Source of the DNA: an uncultured virus (IMG/VR IMGVR_UViG_3300019378_000501)
Taxonomy: Duplodnaviria; Heunggongvirae; Uroviricota; Caudoviricetes
Strand: one strand, 5' to 3'
IMG/VR virus record: IMGVR_UViG_3300019378_000501
DNA length: 64,000 bases
This document shows, in pieces, positions 38,956 through 49,562 of the stretch. The translations under genes and the position numbers were made by a program. The notes under the pieces are model-generated. The model was not told the DNA's origin, made no database searches, and saw only the letters and a list, made by a program, of their open reading frames with translations. The stretch's first letter is position 1; the number at the start of each line of letters is the position of its first letter.

Positions 38956-41900
38956 TAACTCTGACGGCTCCCTCGTATTCGATACCAAGCTGGACAACGA
39001 GGGTTTTGAAAAGGGTTCCGATAAGCTGCTTTCATCGATTGACAGCCTCACGAAGCAGGTCAATACGTTGGGAAGTGATATGCGGACGGCCTTTTCTGGT
39101 ATCACTTCTATTTTGCAGAACTTGGCCGCAGCCTCGCAGGGCGCGGCCAACAATACTGCGAACAGTGCGCAGCAAGCTACACAAGCGGCTCAGGCTACGG
39201 CCCAAGCTCAAGCACAGGCTGCGACTGCAACCACAAACGCTGCAAAGGCTACTGCAAACTACGACAAAGAACTGGCGCGGTTGCAAAAGAAGATCAGCAC
39301 TGCCAAAGGAAATCTGTCGGAGTATTACAAAGAGCTGGACAGTATTCGACAGTCTACCGATGATTCTCTGGCGCAGACGACCAGCGACGAACAGGCCGTG
39401 AACGTGCTTGAGATTGAACAGATCCAGATTGATTCTGTCAATCAGAAGTACGCCGCAAAGATTGCTGTGTTACAGCAACTCGAAGCAGAGTACGCCCGTG
39501 TTGCGGCAGCACGCGACGCAGCCAACCAGCCCGCAGCAGAGCCGACAACAGCCAGTGCAGGTCAAACCGGCGGGCAGAATTTTACCGACGTTTCTCAGGC
39601 GGCTCAGACTGCCACAGGAGGCGTTAATAATTTTCGGAGTGCTTTCCGGGCGGCCTTGCAGGAGATGTTACAGTCTCCCGGTATTGGCGGTCGTATCGGC
39701 AGTGTTTTTTCCAGTCTGAAATCTATAATGAGTACCGTCGGTAGTGCGGCAGCACGCTTAGGAAATAGCCTGAGAAAAATCACGTTTAATGCGATTGCCA
39801 CAGGAGCTAAAAAAGCGGTATCCAGCCTCAAGTCTTTCGCAAAACAGTCTCATAAAACAACCCTGTCTGCTGAGACTTTCGCAAAGTCGTTGACACGGTT
39901 AAGACGAATGTTGATTTCCCGAATTAAAGAGAAGTTCATCACTTCGATTTTTCAGGGCATCGGTGAGGGCCTGCAAAAGCTCGCGCAGTTTGATTCTAAG
40001 TTCAACAGCACCATGAGCAATATCAAGAACAGCGCAACGCAGCTCACGGGCAACATCTCTGTTGCCGCAGCCAACATCATCTCCACTTTGGAGCCTGTCA
40101 TCATGGCGGTTCTGAATCTGCTATCGAAAGCTATCTCTTACGTCAATCAGTTCTTTGCGCTCCTCAGCGGTAAGCGCAGCTATACCGTTGCCAAGAAAGG
40201 CACGGACAGCTATGCAGAATCCGCAGAGAACGCGGCTGCGGCTCAGAAAGAGTTCAACGCGGAATTGTACAGCTTCGATGAATTGAACCGGCAGAGTAAG
40301 CAGGACGACAGCAGCGGAGGCGGCAGCGACCTCGATGAAACAGGTGTGCAGTACGAGGAAGTCCCCATTGACTTGCCTCAGAGCGTGCAGGACTGGATTG
40401 AACGGTTGAAAGAGGCTTGGCAGAGCGGAGATTGGTACGGCGTTGGTCAGGTTATTGCCGAAGGTTTGAACTATGCAATCAAGGCGGTAGACGACTGGAT
40501 CAACAACACTTTGCGACCTGAGGGCGTAAAGTGGGCCGGTCGCTTCGCTGAGATCATGAACGGTCTTACCGACGGCATTGATTGGCCCATGCTGGGAAAA
40601 ACCATTGCCGACGGTTGCAACGCTATCGCGGACATCTACAACACGTTCATGTACGAGTATGACTGGGACAACCTCGGCAAGCGATTGGGCGAGGGCCTGA
40701 ACGGTCTGGTTGATAACGTGGAGTGGGATACAATCGGCAAGGCGTTTGCCGCCAAGTGGCAGGCTCTTGTGCGCCTCATTCATGGTTTCGTTCACGAGGT
40801 AAAGTGGGACGAGCTGGGCAAAGGTATCGGTGAAGGTATTTACACATGGTTTACTTCCATTGACTGGGTAAAGTTGGCCGATTCTGTCGTGACCGGCTTT
40901 AACGGAATAATAACCATGCTTCGCAACGCAATCACTTCCATCGATTGGAACCATATCGGACAAGTTCTTGCGGAAAGCATTAACACGTTATTTACTGGGA
41001 TTGATTGGGGCAACATCGGCGGCCTGTTATCCGACGCAATGATCGCAGTTTTGAATCTGCTTTCTTCGGCTATCGAAAATGTCGATTGGGCGGCGTTAAC
41101 AACGGCGCTGTTCAACGGTCTACTTGACTTCATAAGTAACGTTAATTGGTCTGAGCTGGCATCGGCCATGTTTAGATTGTTAGGAGCTGCAATCGGTGCG
41201 GCGGTAAGCGTTATCGGCTCTCTCGTGGTGAATATTTGGAATATCCTGAAATCCGCATGGGAGAATGTTAAAGCCTACTTCGGAGACTACTTTGACCAAT
41301 ACGGCGGCGACATTGTTGCAGGACTGCTCGCAGGCATTGCAAACGCGCTTGTAAACATCGCTGTTTGGATCTACGATCATGTTTTTAAGCCGTTTATTGA
41401 CGGCTTTAAGGCTGCGTTTGGAATCAATTCTCCGTCTACCGTTATGCAGGAGATGGGCGGTTATGTCGTCCAAGGTTTCCTTAACGGTATCTCCACCACA
41501 TGGCACACCATCACCGACTTTTTCTCCGGCGCGATCTCCAATTTGACCTCTTTCCTTTCCGAAGGGTGGTCGAATATCGTTTCCAATGCAAAGAGCGCGT
41601 GGGGTAATCTGAAAACGAACGTAACGACCGCATTTAATAACGCGAAAACCGGGCTTGCGAATACCGCTACACAGATTGGAAACGGTCTGAGCGATACATG
41701 GTCTAACGTGAAGTCCAGTGCGCAGAACGCGTGGTCGAATCTCCGTTCCAACGTAACGACCGCTTTTGACAATGCGAAAACTGGGCTGGATAACACCGCT
41801 TCGCAGATCAAGAGCAATCTGTCGTCCACTTGGAGCAATGTCTATTCCAATGCGCAGTCTGCGTTCTCGAATATCCGCACCACTATCAGCAACACGTTCA

Positions 41901-42769
41901 ACAATGCCCGTACTTCTGTCCTGAATACGGCATCCAATATGCGCTCCAATCTGTCGACCGCGTTCTCTGGCATCGTGAGCAATGCAAACTCCGCTTGGAG
42001 TAATCTGCGTACAAACACGCTGAACTACTTCTCCAACCTGCGCACCAACGTTCTGAACGCGTGGAACAATCTGCGCACCAACATGAACAACATCAAGTGG
42101 AACAACGTGGGCCACAACCTTGTTGCGGGTCTGAATAACGGTGTTGCCGGTGCTTGGGGCGGCTTTATGAGCAATGTTTCCACCATGGTTAACAACCTCA
42201 TTCGCCGGATCAAGAGCCTGTTCGGTATCCATTCCCCCTCTAAGGTCTTTGCTGAAATCGGTGAGTTCTTGGATATGGGTCTGGAAAAAGGCATCAACGA
42301 CGGCGAACGCAGCCTGCTTTCCACTGCAAAGAACATCGCGACGGCTGTTACCGACGGCATGACCCCGGACAGCCCCAACGTGCAGATGAATGTCGATAGC
42401 GTGGTCGGCAGTATGCAGGCTGTTATCAGCAGCCTTGGTTCCCTCGCAACGACCTTCCAGACCATCGCCAATGCGCTGACCAGCATGGGAGGCTTCACAG
42501 TGCCTCAGATCGCCGCAGGTACGGTCGTACCCTACCAGACCAGAGTAGCCGCGACAACGGCTCCTGCGGAGGACAGCGACGGCGTGACGGCGTATCTACT
42601 GGGTATCCTGTCCGAACTGCAAGCACTGGCCCGCTCCATGCGGAACGGTGACGGTGGGCAGACTGGCGACATCAAAGTCATTATTGATGGTCGAGAGGTA
42701 TTCCAGACTATCGTTGACGAGAACAATCGTGCGATCCGGCGAACTGGCAAAAGTCCTTTGAAGGCTTAA
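38948..42769 (+). CDS. Tail tape measure protein
   Basis: 1273 aa, Ala/Ser/Asn-rich, periodic W/F repeats, FGIHSPS. Confidence 0.9.
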   Translation: MANNSDGSLVFDTKLDNEGFEKGSDKLLSSIDSLTKQVNTLGSDMRTAFSGITSILQNLAAASQGAANNTANSAQQATQAAQATAQAQAQAATATTNAAKATANYDKELARLQKKISTAKGNLSEYYKELDSIRQSTDDSLAQTTSDEQAVNVLEIEQIQIDSVNQKYAAKIAVLQQLEAEYARVAAARDAANQPAAEPTTASAGQTGGQNFTDVSQAAQTATGGVNNFRSAFRAALQEMLQSPGIGGRIGSVFSSLKSIMSTVGSAAARLGNSLRKITFNAIATGAKKAVSSLKSFAKQSHKTTLSAETFAKSLTRLRRMLISRIKEKFITSIFQGIGEGLQKLAQFDSKFNSTMSNIKNSATQLTGNISVAAANIISTLEPVIMAVLNLLSKAISYVNQFFALLSGKRSYTVAKKGTDSYAESAENAAAAQKEFNAELYSFDELNRQSKQDDSSGGGSDLDETGVQYEEVPIDLPQSVQDWIERLKEAWQSGDWYGVGQVIAEGLNYAIKAVDDWINNTLRPEGVKWAGRFAEIMNGLTDGIDWPMLGKTIADGCNAIADIYNTFMYEYDWDNLGKRLGEGLNGLVDNVEWDTIGKAFAAKWQALVRLIHGFVHEVKWDELGKGIGEGIYTWFTSIDWVKLADSVVTGFNGIITMLRNAITSIDWNHIGQVLAESINTLFTGIDWGNIGGLLSDAMIAVLNLLSSAIENVDWAALTTALFNGLLDFISNVNWSELASAMFRLLGAAIGAAVSVIGSLVVNIWNILKSAWENVKAYFGDYFDQYGGDIVAGLLAGIANALVNIAVWIYDHVFKPFIDGFKAAFGINSPSTVMQEMGGYVVQGFLNGISTTWHTITDFFSGAISNLTSFLSEGWSNIVSNAKSAWGNLKTNVTTAFNNAKTGLANTATQIGNGLSDTWSNVKSSAQNAWSNLRSNVTTAFDNAKTGLDNTASQIKSNLSSTWSNVYSNAQSAFSNIRTTISNTFNNARTSVLNTASNMRSNLSTAFSGIVSNANSAWSNLRTNTLNYFSNLRTNVLNAWNNLRTNMNNIKWNNVGHNLVAGLNNGVAGAWGGFMSNVSTMVNNLIRRIKSLFGIHSPSKVFAEIGEFLDMGLEKGINDGERSLLSTAKNIATAVTDGMTPDSPNVQMNVDSVVGSMQAVISSLGSLATTFQTIANALTSMGGFTVPQIAAGTVVPYQTRVAATTAPAEDSDGVTAYLLGILSELQALARSMRNGDGGQTGDIKVIIDGREVFQTIVDENNRAIRRTGKSPLKA

Positions 42770-42781
42770 AGGTGTGAGACT

Positions 42782-43165
42782 ATGGGAATTTGTAAAAAAT
42801 GCACCAATGGATATTGGGCAGTGGACGGGACACCTATTTACGTCCCGTCCTCTGTCGTTATTGAGAACGACAACATTGTCAGTTCTGATTCTGGACGTGT
42901 GGAAAGCGGCCTCATGTACATATCGTGGGTTCGCCCCACCGTCCGCAAAATTAAGCTCACCTTTGACCGGATCACCGGCTTAGAGGTGGCGACGATGCAC
43001 AATCTTATGCAGGGTAAGGAGTTTTCCTTCACCTATTACGACAACGGCATCCAAACAATGTCGGCGTATGCGGGCAAGGATAGCTACACACAGAGCGACT
43101 TGAGCGCGTACGCAAGTGAAGGTGGTCTGTACAAAGATTACAGCATCGACATTATTGAAATGTGA
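42782..43165 (+). CDS. Distal tail protein-like
   Basis: Follows TMP; DSGR.ESG.M motif. Confidence 0.55.
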   Translation: MGICKKCTNGYWAVDGTPIYVPSSVVIENDNIVSSDSGRVESGLMYISWVRPTVRKIKLTFDRITGLEVATMHNLMQGKEFSFTYYDNGIQTMSAYAGKDSYTQSDLSAYASEGGLYKDYSIDIIEM

Positions 43166-43174
43166 GGTGGGCCT

Positions 43175-44713
43175 ATGTATCCGATTAGTACCGCTTTTCA
43201 GCAGGTGTTGGACAGCAGAACAGGCCGAAACCGTACAATCGTTTGGTGGGGAACTCTCACGCTCGCGAATGGCACAGTTTTCAATCTAAATACTGATAAT
43301 TTCGTGCAAGGCACCGGCTCTCTGTCTTGCAACTGTGATTTGCCGGGTGTGGGTGATACCGTTTCTGTGGAGTTTTTGGCCCAACTCATAGTTGCCGCCG
43401 AACCTCGTATGCTGGAAGATGCAGAAATTGCACTCCATGTACGGCTAACCTCTCCTGCTGAGGCAGATACATGGGCAGGCGCTTCGAGCTTCTTTTGGTC
43501 GGACATGAAATCGACTGCATGGGGTGACAACCCTCGAACAGTCTATGCGGACATTCCTATGGGCGTTTTCAAAGTAAAAACTGCGAAACGTGCTATCAAC
43601 AGTATTAAGGTCGAAGCATATGACCGAATGGACGAATTTAATGCTGAGTTGCCTCGCATGGACACCAACCCGCGCACCCCGTTTGAGTGGATGCGTTTTC
43701 TGTGTAACCACTGCGGCGTAGAGTTGGGTATGACAAATAACGAGATCCGGGCGCTTGCCAACGGCAGCAGAAACTTCACCTACGCAGACGTTGACAGCGA
43801 CGTAAAGACCTGTCGTGATTTGCTTTCTCATTTGGCCGCAGCGATGTGCTGTATTGCGATGGTGGATCGCACCGGCAAGCTCGTGTTCGTCCACTACGGC
43901 TCCGAAGCTGTTGCTGAGATTACTCCCGACAACCGTTTTTCTTCGGAGTTCGCGGACTACCAGAGCTACTACACTGGCATACAGGCCCAGTACAAGGCCA
44001 AGGCATTGCAGGAATATTACAAAAACTGCGGCACTTTGGACGACGACGGTTTGATCGTTGACCTCGGCAGCAACGTATTCTTGCAGATCTCCAACGACAG
44101 CAACCGCGCAGCTTCGGTGCAGGCGGTCATTGACGCATTTAAGGACGTGACCTTTACGCCCTTTGACGTGTCCGTACCGTTTAACCCAGCGTTCGACTTG
44201 CTGGACGTTCTGGCGTTCTCAGGCGGCCACACGCCGGAAAACAGTCACGGCCCGATCACGAGCATTACCCGGAAAATCGGCGGCGCTATGACGTTGCAAT
44301 GCGGCACGCCGGACGCACAATCCAACCCCACCCGTGAGACGGTGCAGGTTGACGGTCTTAGCGGCTCCGGCACGCTGACCGGCACGATTTATGCAAGTAG
44401 TGATTTCTGGATTATGATTAACGCTTTCCCCAATGAGGAAACGATAATCGGCGACGATACGCTTACCACTGAGCTGACAGTCAACTGTACGGTTGACAAT
44501 ACCTGTACGCAGATCGCGTGGACGGGCGCGTACTATCTGGACGAGGATGCAACTGTCACCGTCAAGATTTTGGTAGACGACGAAGTGATCTATCAGATTT
44601 CCGACGACCAGACAGCCGGAAACCACGTCCTGAACGTTACCACCGGCCACAACATTTACACGCAGGGCGAACACATCGTTAAAGTTATTTTGCGGGAGGA
44701 CGTAGCAGAATGA
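43175..44713 (+). CDS. Baseplate hub/tail tip protein
   Basis: PMGVF.V, AYDRM, position. Confidence 0.6.
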   Translation: MYPISTAFQQVLDSRTGRNRTIVWWGTLTLANGTVFNLNTDNFVQGTGSLSCNCDLPGVGDTVSVEFLAQLIVAAEPRMLEDAEIALHVRLTSPAEADTWAGASSFFWSDMKSTAWGDNPRTVYADIPMGVFKVKTAKRAINSIKVEAYDRMDEFNAELPRMDTNPRTPFEWMRFLCNHCGVELGMTNNEIRALANGSRNFTYADVDSDVKTCRDLLSHLAAAMCCIAMVDRTGKLVFVHYGSEAVAEITPDNRFSSEFADYQSYYTGIQAQYKAKALQEYYKNCGTLDDDGLIVDLGSNVFLQISNDSNRAASVQAVIDAFKDVTFTPFDVSVPFNPAFDLLDVLAFSGGHTPENSHGPITSITRKIGGAMTLQCGTPDAQSNPTRETVQVDGLSGSGTLTGTIYASSDFWIMINAFPNEETIIGDDTLTTELTVNCTVDNTCTQIAWTGAYYLDEDATVTVKILVDDEVIYQISDDQTAGNHVLNVTTGHNIYTQGEHIVKVILREDVAE

Positions 44714-45564
44714 GTATACGCATGATTCCGGGCGCGGCCCGACTGACCGTGCTTGGCAGCGGTTGGAGTAATACTGCGATTGAATCCGGCGACGGCTTTA
44801 CCGAAGATGGTGAGCTGCTTGACGACATCGCGGGCGATCTCGGTTACGACATCGGCGACGACGTTGACTGGGATCTGATTGCCGGTGACACCGACATCAA
44901 CTGGGACGACATTGTTTACACCGACGAGGACGGCAATATTTATACCGACGAGGACGGTGACGGCATCTGGACTGACCCTCTTACCGGGCTTGAATACCCC
45001 GGTGACGGCATGAAGTGGGTTACGGAAGATCAGCTTATAGATCTGTCCGACCTCATGGACGATTTGGCCGCAAGTGACGCGTCTCTTATGCAGTACAGCA
45101 TCCCGAACGACGTTCTGCCTACGTTATACGGCGGCAAAGTCACCACAGAAATCACGCCCACTGTAACCGGCTCCGACCGTCCCCACTATTACACCCCCGC
45201 CGTTTGGTACATTCAGAACGGCAGCAGCAACGGCATTATCTTCCTTGACGAGCCGTTCTTCCACGGTACTGCAAGCGGCGGCAGCATCACCGTTTACGAC
45301 GAAGCTATCACGATCCGTGACGGCAGCTCTAAGGCGGTCTATTGGTCGAGCTGTACGACCCAGTTCACCACGGCAAACCTGCCCAGCCCCTACAGCAGCT
45401 ACCCCATTCAGTATGTGTGTTGGCAGTGTCTTTACGGATCTCTGAGCGACGCTTTGATTTCCAAAAACGACAACACCATCACAAGCGACGACATCAAGAA
45501 CGGTACAACCGGCTTGAAAACCATGACCTATAACGGCGTAACTTATTACGCCGTCGGTCAGTAA
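44710..45564 (+). CDS. Tail-associated protein with very acidic N-half
   Basis: YTDEDG repeats; ATGA coupling. Confidence 0.55.
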   Translation: MSIRMIPGAARLTVLGSGWSNTAIESGDGFTEDGELLDDIAGDLGYDIGDDVDWDLIAGDTDINWDDIVYTDEDGNIYTDEDGDGIWTDPLTGLEYPGDGMKWVTEDQLIDLSDLMDDLAASDASLMQYSIPNDVLPTLYGGKVTTEITPTVTGSDRPHYYTPAVWYIQNGSSNGIIFLDEPFFHGTASGGSITVYDEAITIRDGSSKAVYWSSCTTQFTTANLPSPYSSYPIQYVCWQCLYGSLSDALISKNDNTITSDDIKNGTTGLKTMTYNGVTYYAVGQ

Positions 45565-45583
45565 GAAGGGAGGCAAACCGAAA

Positions 45584-46231
45584 GTGGCAACCCAAACCAC
45601 AAACTACGGGCTGACGAAGCCTGCGGCATCTGATCCCGTAGACATTGAGGTTCTTAACAAGAACTTCGATGTAATTGACGAGCAGATCAAAAAAGCTGCG
45701 GACGCGATCCCGCCTGTAGCTACACAGAGCGTGGCCGGTATCGTAAAGCCTGATGGAACCACGATCACCGTCGATAAAGACGGCACGATCCGGGGCGCGC
45801 AGACCTATGTGCTGCCTACCGCCTCCGAAGAAGTTCTCGGCGGTGTTAAAGTTGGTGAAAACCTTACCGTTGGCGCAAATGGTAAGCTGAACGCCTATGC
45901 GAATATCGTCAAAGACGACATCCCGACTGCTGGCAGCGAAAACGTTCCGTCGTCTGGCGGCACTTATGCCATGATCGCTGAGGTCAACTCTCAGGTCAAC
46001 AGTCTGAATACGCAGGTTGTGGCCCTGACAACCGGCATCACATGGAAACCGGCAGTCGATACCTACGACAGTATCGCGACCACATACACAACCCCGTCCG
46101 TCGGATGGACAGTGATGTGTCTGGATACCGGCTATGCTTACCAGTGGGACGGCTCCACATGGAACTTTGTCATGGCCTCTCTCGTGGCTGTGGCAAGCGT
46201 CGACGACGTTAAAGCAGTATTGGAGGTGTAA
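45584..46231 (+). CDS. Tail fibre-like protein
   Basis: TTNYGLTKP...LN.NFD.ID, LPTAS...LGGVKVG. Confidence 0.65.
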   Translation: MATQTTNYGLTKPAASDPVDIEVLNKNFDVIDEQIKKAADAIPPVATQSVAGIVKPDGTTITVDKDGTIRGAQTYVLPTASEEVLGGVKVGENLTVGANGKLNAYANIVKDDIPTAGSENVPSSGGTYAMIAEVNSQVNSLNTQVVALTTGITWKPAVDTYDSIATTYTTPSVGWTVMCLDTGYAYQWDGSTWNFVMASLVAVASVDDVKAVLEV

Positions 46232-46235
46232 GCGT

Positions 46236-46529
46236 ATGACCAGAGGAACAACCCCTGTAATTCTCGTAAAGCTCCCTCAGGAGATTGCGTTTGACACGCT
46301 CTACCTTACGTTCAAACAGGCGGGTAAAATCGTCGTGGAAAAGACGTTGGAGGACGTGTCGATTGACGGCGCGAACATCTACGCCCCGTTGACACAGGCC
46401 GAAACACTGGCTTTTAACGGATCTTCCGACGTGCTGATCCAGCTTCGCGGCAAGGTTGGCGAACAGGCTTACGCGTCCAACATTGTCCAGCGCACCGTCG
46501 ACGACATTTTGAAGGACGGTGAGATCTAA
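46236..46529 (+). CDS. BppU-like baseplate upper protein
   Basis: MTRGTTP, LTQAETL.F, ILKDGEI. Confidence 0.55.
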   Translation: MTRGTTPVILVKLPQEIAFDTLYLTFKQAGKIVVEKTLEDVSIDGANIYAPLTQAETLAFNGSSDVLIQLRGKVGEQAYASNIVQRTVDDILKDGEI

Positions 46530-46530
46530 T

Positions 46531-47394
46531 ATGGTTGAATTGACTGTCGAAATCAATGAAACCGAAACCCTTGAAATCAGTGTAAAAACGCTGCACTTTC
46601 TCGGTTTCACGGATCACGCCAAAATGACAAATCGGGATGCAACCGATCAGCACCCCATTGAGGCAATCACCGGGCTTGCGGAAAAGCTGAAAACACAGGA
46701 TGAAACTGCCACCCGGCAGGGAGAAACGCTTGCACAACAGGGCGAAACTCTGACTGCGCACGGCGAGGCGATCACAAAACACGGTGAAACCCTGTCGAGC
46801 CACGCCGAAGCCCTCTCCCAACACAGAGAGGTTATTACTGGACAGGGAGAAATCCTTGCCCAACATGGCAAGGTTTTAACTGCCCATTCTGAGGCACTGA
46901 CAGCCGTTCGTGAGGACGTTACTGCGCAGGGTGAAACCCTCTCCCAACACGGCGAAGCCCTTGTGCAGCAAAACGAGAAGGTCACTCAGCAGGGCGAAAC
47001 ACTCGCACAGCACGGGGAAGCGCTTTCCCAGCAGGGCGAGGAAATCAAAAATCATGGTGAGACACTTTCTCAGCACGGAGAAACCTTGACCGCGAACGGG
47101 GAGGCAATCACTAAACATGGTGAAGCCCTGTCCAAGCACGAAGAAACTCTTGCGCAACACGGGGAGACGATTTCTCAGCATACAGAGGGTATCAATGCCC
47201 ACGGTGAAACTCTCACCCAGCACGGGCAGACGCTTTCTCAGCACGGGGAAACCCTTACGCAGCATACAGAAAGCCTTAACGCCCACGGCGAAACCCTGAC
47301 CGCACACGGAGAAGCTCTTGAAAAGCTCAGTGCTTTTTCCGATAAAAAAATCGCGTCCGTTTCGGACGTACAGGAGGTTTTAACAAATGCCTGA
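46531..47394 (+). CDS. Heptad-repeat (HGETLSQ-type) fibre stalk protein
   Basis: DQHPIEAITGL motif then a long run of 7-aa repeats. Confidence 0.7.
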   Translation: MVELTVEINETETLEISVKTLHFLGFTDHAKMTNRDATDQHPIEAITGLAEKLKTQDETATRQGETLAQQGETLTAHGEAITKHGETLSSHAEALSQHREVITGQGEILAQHGKVLTAHSEALTAVREDVTAQGETLSQHGEALVQQNEKVTQQGETLAQHGEALSQQGEEIKNHGETLSQHGETLTANGEAITKHGEALSKHEETLAQHGETISQHTEGINAHGETLTQHGQTLSQHGETLTQHTESLNAHGETLTAHGEALEKLSAFSDKKIASVSDVQEVLTNA

Positions 47395-48688
47395 TATGAG
47401 CCAAGTCCTTGACCTTGCCGGTGTTGCTGCAATCCGTGATTGGGTTACGGCAAATTTCCTCAAGAAAACCGACGCTGAACAGATGATGGCATCTAAGATC
47501 CAGCTTACGTTCGGCCCGGATTTCGAGGGCAAAACCTACACAATCACCGGCGGCGCGAACGAAACCTATACTGGCACAGTTCCCGCAACCCTGATCGTGA
47601 CACAGACCATTAAGACCCTCAACACCGAATACGTTGTCACCTGCACCAATGAGGACGGTGTTTCCTATGAACGCTCCGTTACCATCGGCAGCTACTACGG
47701 CGTTTACCAGAGTGAGTTCGTTTCCTTCCGCGCTTATCTGGTTTGTACCGCAGACGCAGGCTGTACGGTTATCGCTACCAACGGCAGCAAGACCTACTCC
47801 GGCGTAGCCGACAGCAACGGCGAAGTTACCCTGAATATCGGCGCAACCGGCACTTATTCCGTTACCGCCTCCATGGGCGGCTCCACTACGGAGGCCGTTA
47901 CCGTGGAAGTCACCGAAGCAGGCGCAACTTACACCTGCAAGCTGCCCTCCCTGTCTGGCCCTGAGATCGTTTCTTGGGCTGACGGTACTGACGAACAGAT
48001 CGCAGCTATGGTCGCAGCTCTGGACGACGGTACGATCTCCATTGAGGATACCGGTTGGGCCGTGGGCGACGAGCGCGTTGTTACTCTGTCCGCTATGGCT
48101 GCAACCGGCGTTGGCGAATCCCACGCCGAACAGTCTGTAACTCTGGTGCTGATGGACAGCCAGCACTTCACGCTGACCGAAGCAACCGCTGGTGGCGACA
48201 CCAAGGATCACTTTGTCGTTGGTTTGAAGAACTCTCTGAACGAGAAGGGCTACATGAACAGTTCCAACACCAACAGCGGCTCTTGGAGCGGCTGCGCTCG
48301 TCGTACATGGTGTAACGACGTATTCCGTGCGGCAATCCCTGAAACGCTCCGGGGTTGCTTCAAGCAGTTCAAGGTTCCTACCGCTACGACCTACAATGGC
48401 AGCTCTGTCACTGAAACCGATGATTACTTTGCCCTGTTTGCAGAAAAAGAAATCTTCGGTTCTTGCACCTACTCCAACTCTACGGAGGCTGCGGCCCTGT
48501 CTCAGATCGAGTGGTATGCTACTGCGGCGAACCGTAAAAAGACCGTCAACGGGTCTGCCGACCTCTGGTGGGAGCGTTCTCCTCATTCCAGCACCAGCAG
48601 TTACTTCTGTATTGTCACCTCCGACGGCGCTGCCAATGTCGGCACCGCCAGCAGCACTATTGGCCTCGCGCCCTTCGGCTGTATCTAA
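47387..48688 (+). CDS. DGR target: tail/receptor-binding protein with C-terminal DUF6273/CLec-like variable domain
   Basis: Thr-rich beta domains; WWERSP...GLAPFGCI C-terminus encoded by VR. Confidence 0.88.
   Translation: MPDMSQVLDLAGVAAIRDWVTANFLKKTDAEQMMASKIQLTFGPDFEGKTYTITGGANETYTGTVPATLIVTQTIKTLNTEYVVTCTNEDGVSYERSVTIGSYYGVYQSEFVSFRAYLVCTADAGCTVIATNGSKTYSGVADSNGEVTLNIGATGTYSVTASMGGSTTEAVTVEVTEAGATYTCKLPSLSGPEIVSWADGTDEQIAAMVAALDDGTISIEDTGWAVGDERVVTLSAMAATGVGESHAEQSVTLVLMDSQHFTLTEATAGGDTKDHFVVGLKNSLNEKGYMNSSNTNSGSWSGCARRTWCNDVFRAAIPETLRGCFKQFKVPTATTYNGSSVTETDDYFALFAEKEIFGSCTYSNSTEAAALSQIEWYATAANRKKTVNGSADLWWERSPHSSTSSYFCIVTSDGAANVGTASSTIGLAPFGCI
48551..48685 (+). repeat. DGR variable repeat (VR)
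   Basis: 135-bp ungapped match to TR, 18 mismatches, all opposite TR adenines. Confidence 0.97.
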
Positions 48689-48699
48689 AATCTCAAAAT

Positions 48700-48720
48700 C
48701 CGCGCCCCTTGTGGGCGCGG
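48700..48720 (+). promoter_or_regulatory. DGR target-recognition GC hairpin downstream of VR/IMH
   Basis: CCGCGCCC-cttgt-GGGCGCGG, 11 bp after target stop; absent after TR. Confidence 0.8.
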
Positions 48721-48739
48721 TTCATCAAGGAGAAAAGTT

Positions 48740-49204
48740 ATGTCTGTTCCAACTTGGATGCGGTCAGAATCCAAAACAAAGTTTCTTTGGAGGCTTTACC
48801 GGCTTAATATCCGCATAGGTGAAATCGTTGCAAACCACCCGACAAAGTATCGGGCGAATTACGGCGACAGTCTGATTACCACGGCTCTTGACGCGCTGAC
48901 ACACGCGCAGGTGGGCAACGGTATTTATATGCACGTCGCCATTTCGGAATCCGAATATCAGCTCCGGCGCAGGCATCTTCGCGAAGCGAAAGGCTACGTC
49001 GAAGCGGTGGCTACAACAGCTTACATCTATTTGGAGCTGACCGCGAAAGCGGACGGCGTAAAGAAGGAAAAGATACTGAAACAGGAGGAAGAAATCGGCC
49101 TTGAGTGCGCCGAAATCTCCCGAATGATTAAGGGTGTTTTAGACAGTGACCGACGGATCTACAACGCCCGGTATCGCGGCCAACAGCCTACCTTAACTGA
49201 ATAA
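48740..49204 (+). CDS. avd: DGR accessory variability determinant (Avd-like)
   Basis: MSVP..R..SK start, helical basic protein, SD..R near the end; located between VR and TR. Confidence 0.75.
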   Translation: MSVPTWMRSESKTKFLWRLYRLNIRIGEIVANHPTKYRANYGDSLITTALDALTHAQVGNGIYMHVAISESEYQLRRRHLREAKGYVEAVATTAYIYLELTAKADGVKKEKILKQEEEIGLECAEISRMIKGVLDSDRRIYNARYRGQQPTLTE

Positions 49205-49237
49205 TCAAACTGCGGTTACGTCCTGCAACACACGCTT

Positions 49238-49372
49238 GGGTCTGCCAACAACTGGTGGGAGCGTTCTCCTAATTCCAGCAACAGCAATAACTTCTGTAAT
49301 GTCAACTCCGACGGCACTGCCAATAACAACAACGCCAGCAACACTAATGGCCTCGCGCCCTTCGGATGTATC
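49238..49372 (+). repeat. DGR template repeat (TR)
   Basis: Non-coding, 14 AAY triplets in VR frame. Confidence 0.97.
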
Positions 49373-49562
49373 GTGAAAACGTCAGAAAAGTAGCGACAGT
49401 GAAATTAGACGGGATACATATTATCTTTTTACCCCTTTTTATGATACAGGAGGATGTGACCGCGCCGCCGATGAACGGCGGTGAATTAACACCGTGGCTC
49501 AGTCAGGCGCTTGCACCGGGCTGATACTGCATACGCAGGCACGGAATATGGGGATTTTTCGT

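Noticed and set aside
41560..42110. Repeats in the tape measure gene
   Set aside because: Ordinary Trp/Phe-periodic TMP repeats
46700..47330. Periodic repeats as a CRISPR array
   Set aside because: Degenerate in-frame 21-nt coding repeats with no unique spacers; no cas operon seen
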